The position numbers and the translations under genes are program-made. This document shows positions 60,246-64,000 of a DNA stretch of 64,000 nt, piece after piece (positions within the stretch are counted from its first letter, which is position 1; each line of letters begins with the position of its first letter). The notes beneath the pieces are model-generated. The model made no database searches. It was given only the letters and a program-made list of their open reading frames with translations, and had not been told where the DNA came from. Source of the stretch: an uncultured SAR86 cluster bacterium (GTDB lineage: Bacteria > Pseudomonadota > Gammaproteobacteria > Magnimaribacterales > AG-339-G14); NCBI GenBank assembly GCA_902522825.1, contig CABYXE010000003.1, positions 2,212-66,211 of the forward strand, written 5' to 3'.

Positions 60246-61067
60246 TTGATAAATTTTAGACCTGGCAATTTTATTGAAAAAGATAGTGAAGAGTCAAAAT
60301 TCTTTGTTATAGATGACGATTCTTTATTAGTTTTTTCTAATGAACAATTCATAAGGCCTATTTCAAACGATGAGCTTAAATGGTCGGGACTAGAAGTCAA
60401 TGAAAAACATTTTCTTGGTTTTTTAAATGATGAGCCTTGCTACGTAGTATCTGTTAAAAAAGATGGATGCGTATTAGAAAATTTTGAATTTTTAAATCTT
60501 AGGGCTTTATTTGGAAGAATACCAGATGAATTATTTGGAGCGATATCAAGAGCACTTCAAATAGTAAATTGGTCAAAATCTAATAAATTCTGTGGTAAGT
60601 GCGGATCTTCTTTGAAAGAAGAATTACATGAAAGGGCGATGATATGCGATGAATGCGACATAGATCCTCTTTATCCCAGAATATCTCCATGTGTTATTAC
60701 CTTGATCCATAAAGAAAATAAAGTATTGCTAGCTCATAATGTAAATTTTCCAGATAATTTTTACAGTACCTTGGCAGGATTTATTGAGCCAGGAGAAACT
60801 GTCGAAGAAGCTCTTAAAAGAGAAGTTTTGGAAGAAGTTGGAGTTGAAGTTGAAAATATTAAATATTTTGGTAGTCAATCATGGCCGTTTCCTAGTCAAT
60901 TAATGTTAGGTTATTTTGCTGAATATAAGTCTGGAGAGATTATTCCAGATAATACTGAAATAGATAAAGCTGATTGGTTTGAGATCGATAACTTGCCTAA
61001 TGTACCTCCATCAAATATATCTATTTCTGGAAAGCTAATAGAAGCTTATAAAGAAAAATTTAATTAA
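60246..61067 (+). CDS. nudC: NAD(+) diphosphatase / NAD-cap decapping Nudix hydrolase
   Basis: Zinc ribbon CGKCGS...CDECD plus Nudix box [22 protein letters not shown], then [14 protein letters not shown] start; no in-frame ATG nearby. Confidence 0.85.
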   Translation: MINFRPGNFIEKDSEESKFFVIDDDSLLVFSNEQFIRPISNDELKWSGLEVNEKHFLGFLNDEPCYVVSVKKDGCVLENFEFLNLRALFGRIPDELFGAISRALQIVNWSKSNKFCGKCGSSLKEELHERAMICDECDIDPLYPRISPCVITLIHKENKVLLAHNVNFPDNFYSTLAGFIEPGETVEEALKREVLEEVGVEVENIKYFGSQSWPFPSQLMLGYFAEYKSGEIIPDNTEIDKADWFEIDNLPNVPPSNISISGKLIEAYKEKFN

Positions 61068-63205
61068 GATTTATTTCTAGGATCGTTTGTTGCTCGGTGA
61101 TTAGAATCAAATCCTTTCTTTTCCTCAACATCTTTAGAGGAAGTTTCCGATTTAGAATCAACTTTTTTTGGCCTACTTAGTTTTTTTGGCTTTGCGGTTT
61201 CTTTTAAAAATTTATCTTCTGAAATTTCAGGTTTTGAATCCTTTTGACTGATAGTATTTAAATTTTTCTTATCGCTTGATTTTTTATTAACTTTCTCGTT
61301 TGAAGTCACCTTTTCATCTTTTTCTAAGATTGTATTTTTTTTTGGTCTACTTAATTTTTTTGGTTTAGAAGACACTTTAGTTTTTTCATTTTCTACTTTT
61401 TTTGGTTTAGAAGACACTTTAGTTTTTTCATTTTCTATTTTTGGCTTCAGTTCCTTTCTTGGTTTTTTATTATCAAAATTATTTTTCCTATTTTTATTGT
61501 TCTGATTGTTTTGATTTCTATTCGAATTTTTAGGATAAGGTTTTTTCTTATTAGGTCTTTTGAAGTTTTTAGGTGGAGTTTTAACCTTTATTTTTTTAGT
61601 TTCCTTAGAAGAAAAAATATTAACTAATTTAGAAATTATCCCCTTTTTAGGACGAGAAGATGGTTTTATATTTACTGCAGCTATTTCTTTTTTGTAAGAT
61701 TTTTTTGATTTTTTTTCAAATTGTTCTGCCGCAGATACAGATGATTTGCTTTTTTCAGGGTCAACAATCTTTCCATCTTTGACTCGAAGAACCTCAAATC
61801 TAGAATCAGGTCGTGTAGCGTCTGAGATAACAACAACTTTAGTATTGGACCTAGCTTCTATATCATTTAAACGAATTCTTCTTTCATTAAGCAGCAAGGA
61901 AGACATATCTGGCGATACTATTGCTCTAACTTCACTTGTATTTTGTTTGCTAGTTTCTTCCTCGACTAACCTTAAAACAGAAGTCGACAGAGTATTTACA
62001 TCTTGTGTCCACCTTTCCGTCAATGAAGATCTGAGTCTTTGCCTTGATAGTTCAAGTAATCCAAATCTTGAAATTCTTCCAATTTGCACTCTAGCTCGAT
62101 CATTAGATAGAGCTTTTCTCATTTCATCTTCTACTGCTCTTTTATTTTCTAACCTCATCATGTCTATAAAATCTATAACTACAAGTCCGCCAATATCTCT
62201 AAGCTTGAATTGACGAGCAATTTCTCTACATGCTTCTAAATTAGTATTAGTTGCAGTTTCTTCAATATCTTTTCCCGAAGTTGCTTGAGAGGAATTAATA
62301 TCTATTGCCACTAACGCCTCCGTATCGTCAATCACAATTGACCCTCCAGATTCTAATTTTACTTCTCTCTGATATGCCGTTTCTATTTGCGATTCGATTT
62401 GGTATCTTGTAAATAATGGAAGTGTATTTTCGTACCTATTAAGCATACTCAACTGATCAGGCATAACTCTTTCAACAAATTCTTCTGCTTGATCATATGC
62501 TTCTTTAGTATCAATCCATATTTCTTCTATATCTTCTTTTAAGTAATCCCTAAGGGTTCTTATAATGATGTCATCTTCTTTGTATATAAGAAAAGGAGAT
62601 TTTTTTAAAACATTTGCTTCAGATATTGCATCCCATACTTTTAGTAAATATTGAAGGTCCCATTTAAGCTCTTCAGGATCTTTACCTTCTCCAGCAGTCC
62701 TGACTATAACTCCCATTTCTTTGGGCGCATTCAAAGCCTCTACATTAGATTTTAGTTTTTCTCTTTCAGCTGGGTTAAGTCGCCTAGATATTCCTGAAGC
62801 CCTAGGATTATTGGGCATTAAGACTAAAAATCTTCCAGCTAAGCTAATTATCGTTGTTAAAGCTGCTCCTTTATTGCCTCTTTCTTCCTTTTCAACTTGA
62901 ACAATAATTTCTTGATCTTTAGTAAGACAATCTTTGATGGAAATTCTTTCATTGTTTTTTTTGTTTTTTGGCAAAAATTGAGGTGCAATTTCCTTGAAGG
63001 GAAGAAAACCATGTCTCTCAGCTCCAAAATCTACAAATGCAGCGCCTAAACTAGGCTCGATTCTACTTACTTTACCCTTGTAAATATTTCCTTTACGCCT
63101 AATTTCAGCAATATTTTCGATATCTAAATCAAAAAGTGAATTGCCTTCTGTGACAGCAATCCTTAGTTCTTCTGGTTGAGTAGCATTAATAAGCATCCTT
63201 TTCAT
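61064..63205 (-). CDS. rne: ribonuclease E (compact; no Zn-link; Lys-rich repetitive C-terminal half)
   Basis: S1 domain GNIYKGKV, DNase-I-like VAIDINS and VVIDFIDM, RISRFGLLELSRQR. Divergent from rluC as in E. coli. AGGAG SD 6 nt upstream. Confidence 0.85.
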   Translation of the reverse strand: MKRMLINATQPEELRIAVTEGNSLFDLDIENIAEIRRKGNIYKGKVSRIEPSLGAAFVDFGAERHGFLPFKEIAPQFLPKNKKNNERISIKDCLTKDQEIIVQVEKEERGNKGAALTTIISLAGRFLVLMPNNPRASGISRRLNPAEREKLKSNVEALNAPKEMGVIVRTAGEGKDPEELKWDLQYLLKVWDAISEANVLKKSPFLIYKEDDIIIRTLRDYLKEDIEEIWIDTKEAYDQAEEFVERVMPDQLSMLNRYENTLPLFTRYQIESQIETAYQREVKLESGGSIVIDDTEALVAIDINSSQATSGKDIEETATNTNLEACREIARQFKLRDIGGLVVIDFIDMMRLENKRAVEDEMRKALSNDRARVQIGRISRFGLLELSRQRLRSSLTERWTQDVNTLSTSVLRLVEEETSKQNTSEVRAIVSPDMSSLLLNERRIRLNDIEARSNTKVVVISDATRPDSRFEVLRVKDGKIVDPEKSKSSVSAAEQFEKKSKKSYKKEIAAVNIKPSSRPKKGIISKLVNIFSSKETKKIKVKTPPKNFKRPNKKKPYPKNSNRNQNNQNNKNRKNNFDNKKPRKELKPKIENEKTKVSSKPKKVENEKTKVSSKPKKLSRPKKNTILEKDEKVTSNEKVNKKSSDKKNLNTISQKDSKPEISEDKFLKETAKPKKLSRPKKVDSKSETSSKDVEEKKGFDSNHRATNDPRNKS
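61355..61440. repeat. perfect tandem duplication (2 x 42 nt) inside the rne 3' half, encoding ENEKTKVSSKPKKV/L twice
   Basis: The 35-mer tggtttagaagacactttagttttttcattttcta occurs at 61361..61395 and 61403..61437 (period 42, in frame). Confidence 0.9.
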
Positions 63206-63449
63206 TGGATATCTCCTAAACGCTTAAAATATATATACGGGATTCAGAAAAATTTTTTCTGAAAAAGGTGTTTCTATATAAGGTTTTACGCCCTTGCTAC
63301 CTTAAATTTTGAAACTTAAAAATTATATTTAAAGCTTGTTAATTTAAATTATCTAAATTGAATTTTTGTTACGTCTTACTTAAATATGCGATTCAATATA
63401 GAAAAAAACATATTTTATATGCCTTTAAGGTATAGAATCAAATTTTTTT
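63206..63449 (-). promoter_or_regulatory. rne 5' leader / rne-rluC divergent promoter region with two hairpins
   Basis: One of the two longest spacers in the window (244 nt). Near-perfect palindrome ttcagaaaaa-t-tttttctgaa (63243..63263) and taaggt-N14-acctta (63279..63304) lie 38-100 nt upstream of the rne ATG. Confidence 0.35.
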
Positions 63450-64000
63450 ATGAATAATGAAGCAAAAAAAGTCCAAAAAGTATCCGTAAGCAAGGATTAT
63501 TCTGGCCAAAGATTAGATAATTTTCTTTTAAATTATTTAAAAGGAATCCCAAAATCTAAAATTTATTCGATTATTAGAAAAGGAGAAGTAAGAGTCAATA
63601 GCGCCAGAAAACAAGTTTTTTATAAAATAAAGGAAAACGATCTAATAAGAATTCCTCCTCTTCATATAAAAAAAATAATTCAAGTCGAAGCGTCAAATTC
63701 ATTAATAAATATCTTAAAAAAAAATATAATTTTTGAAAATGACGATTGCTTAGCAATAAACAAGCCTTTTGGAGTTGCCTCTCATGGAGGAAGTGGAATA
63801 TCAATAGGTTTAATAGAAGCAGTAAGAAATTTTGGAAAAGAATATAGAGATTGTAAGTTAGTTCATAGGCTTGATAGAAACACTTCTGGATGTCAATTAA
63901 TTTCAAAAAAGCAAAAATTTTTAAGAGAATGCAATATATTGATAAGAGAAAGAAAGGTTTTAAAAAAATATACGGCTTTAGTTCATGGTCAATGGCCAGA
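63450..64000 (+). CDS. rluC: 23S rRNA pseudouridine synthase RluC (5' part; runs off the window)
   Basis: Not in ORF track (no stop in window). MNNEAKKVQKVSVSKDYSGQRLDNFLLNYLKGIPKSKIYSIIRKGEVRVN (S4 domain), then NKPFGVASHGG and HRLDRNTSG catalytic Asp. rne-rluC divergent synteny. Confidence 0.8.
   Translation, partial: MNNEAKKVQKVSVSKDYSGQRLDNFLLNYLKGIPKSKIYSIIRKGEVRVNSARKQVFYKIKENDLIRIPPLHIKKIIQVEASNSLINILKKNIIFENDDCLAINKPFGVASHGGSGISIGLIEAVRNFGKEYRDCKLVHRLDRNTSGCQLISKKQKFLRECNILIRERKVLKKYTALVHGQWP

Noticed and set aside
61746-62213. 155-aa ORF on the + strand inside rne, and a similar 139-aa ORF at 31704..32123 antisense to aroC
   Set aside because: Both lie entirely within, and antisense to, strongly supported conserved genes. 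Their Ser/Leu-rich translations have no recognisable motifs and no start context.
63595-63906. 103-aa minus-strand ORF near the right edge
   Set aside because: The opposite strand encodes an unmistakable RluC N-terminal half (S4 domain, HRLDRNTSG) starting at 63450. The minus-strand ORF is its antisense shadow.
1-64000. Looked for tRNA/rRNA genes, CRISPR repeats, IS or transposase ends, integrases, toxin-antitoxin pairs and defence-type nucleases or ATPases
   Set aside because: Every spacer over 60 nt was read on both strands. None shows a cloverleaf, regularly spaced repeats or terminal inverted repeats. Every large ORF is accounted for by a metabolic, housekeeping or envelope function. A by-eye scan cannot exclude short or degenerate elements.

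Overview
Both strands are almost fully coding. I count about 62 protein genes, no rRNA or tRNA genes, no CRISPR array, and no transposase, integrase or phage genes. The DNA is visibly AT-rich (roughly one-third G+C by eye, not computed). Intergenic spacers are very short and many neighbouring genes overlap by 1, 4 or 8 nt.

Content is mostly housekeeping: nagZ, pgi, def, tadA, xthA, prc, nadK, pyrD, topA, lexA, cysB, thrH, prpBCD, aroC, leuCDB, asd, truA, trpF, trpB, trpA, accD, folC, cvpA, purF, acnB, argG, fabD, metG, mlaA, dusA, nhaB, nudC, rne and the start of rluC. The order leuCDB-asd-fimV-truA-trpF...accD-folC-cvpA-purF is the Pseudomonas-type gammaproteobacterial arrangement. I infer a streamlined, low-GC marine gammaproteobacterium (SAR86-like). 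That is inference only.

I did not find a convincing novel multi-gene system such as a defence island, mobile element or RiPP/BGC cluster. All family calls come from motif recognition by eye and remembered reference sequences; no searches were run. The observations most worth a second look:
- MetRS is split at an A5 run into a catalytic core and a separate tRNA-binding-domain ORF.
- The RNase E gene lacks the conserved CPxCxGxG Zn-link and has a short, Lys-rich, internally repeated C-terminal half.
- Two adjacent acyl-CoA dehydrogenase genes look like an alpha/beta heteromer, with catalytic and FAD motifs in only one of them.
- An unannotated 28-codon Cys-rich lipoprotein-like ORF has the strongest Shine-Dalgarno (SD) motif in the window and sits inside a nested hairpin.
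- The lexA SOS box contains a TATAAT and ends 2 nt before the ATG, implying a leaderless lexA mRNA.
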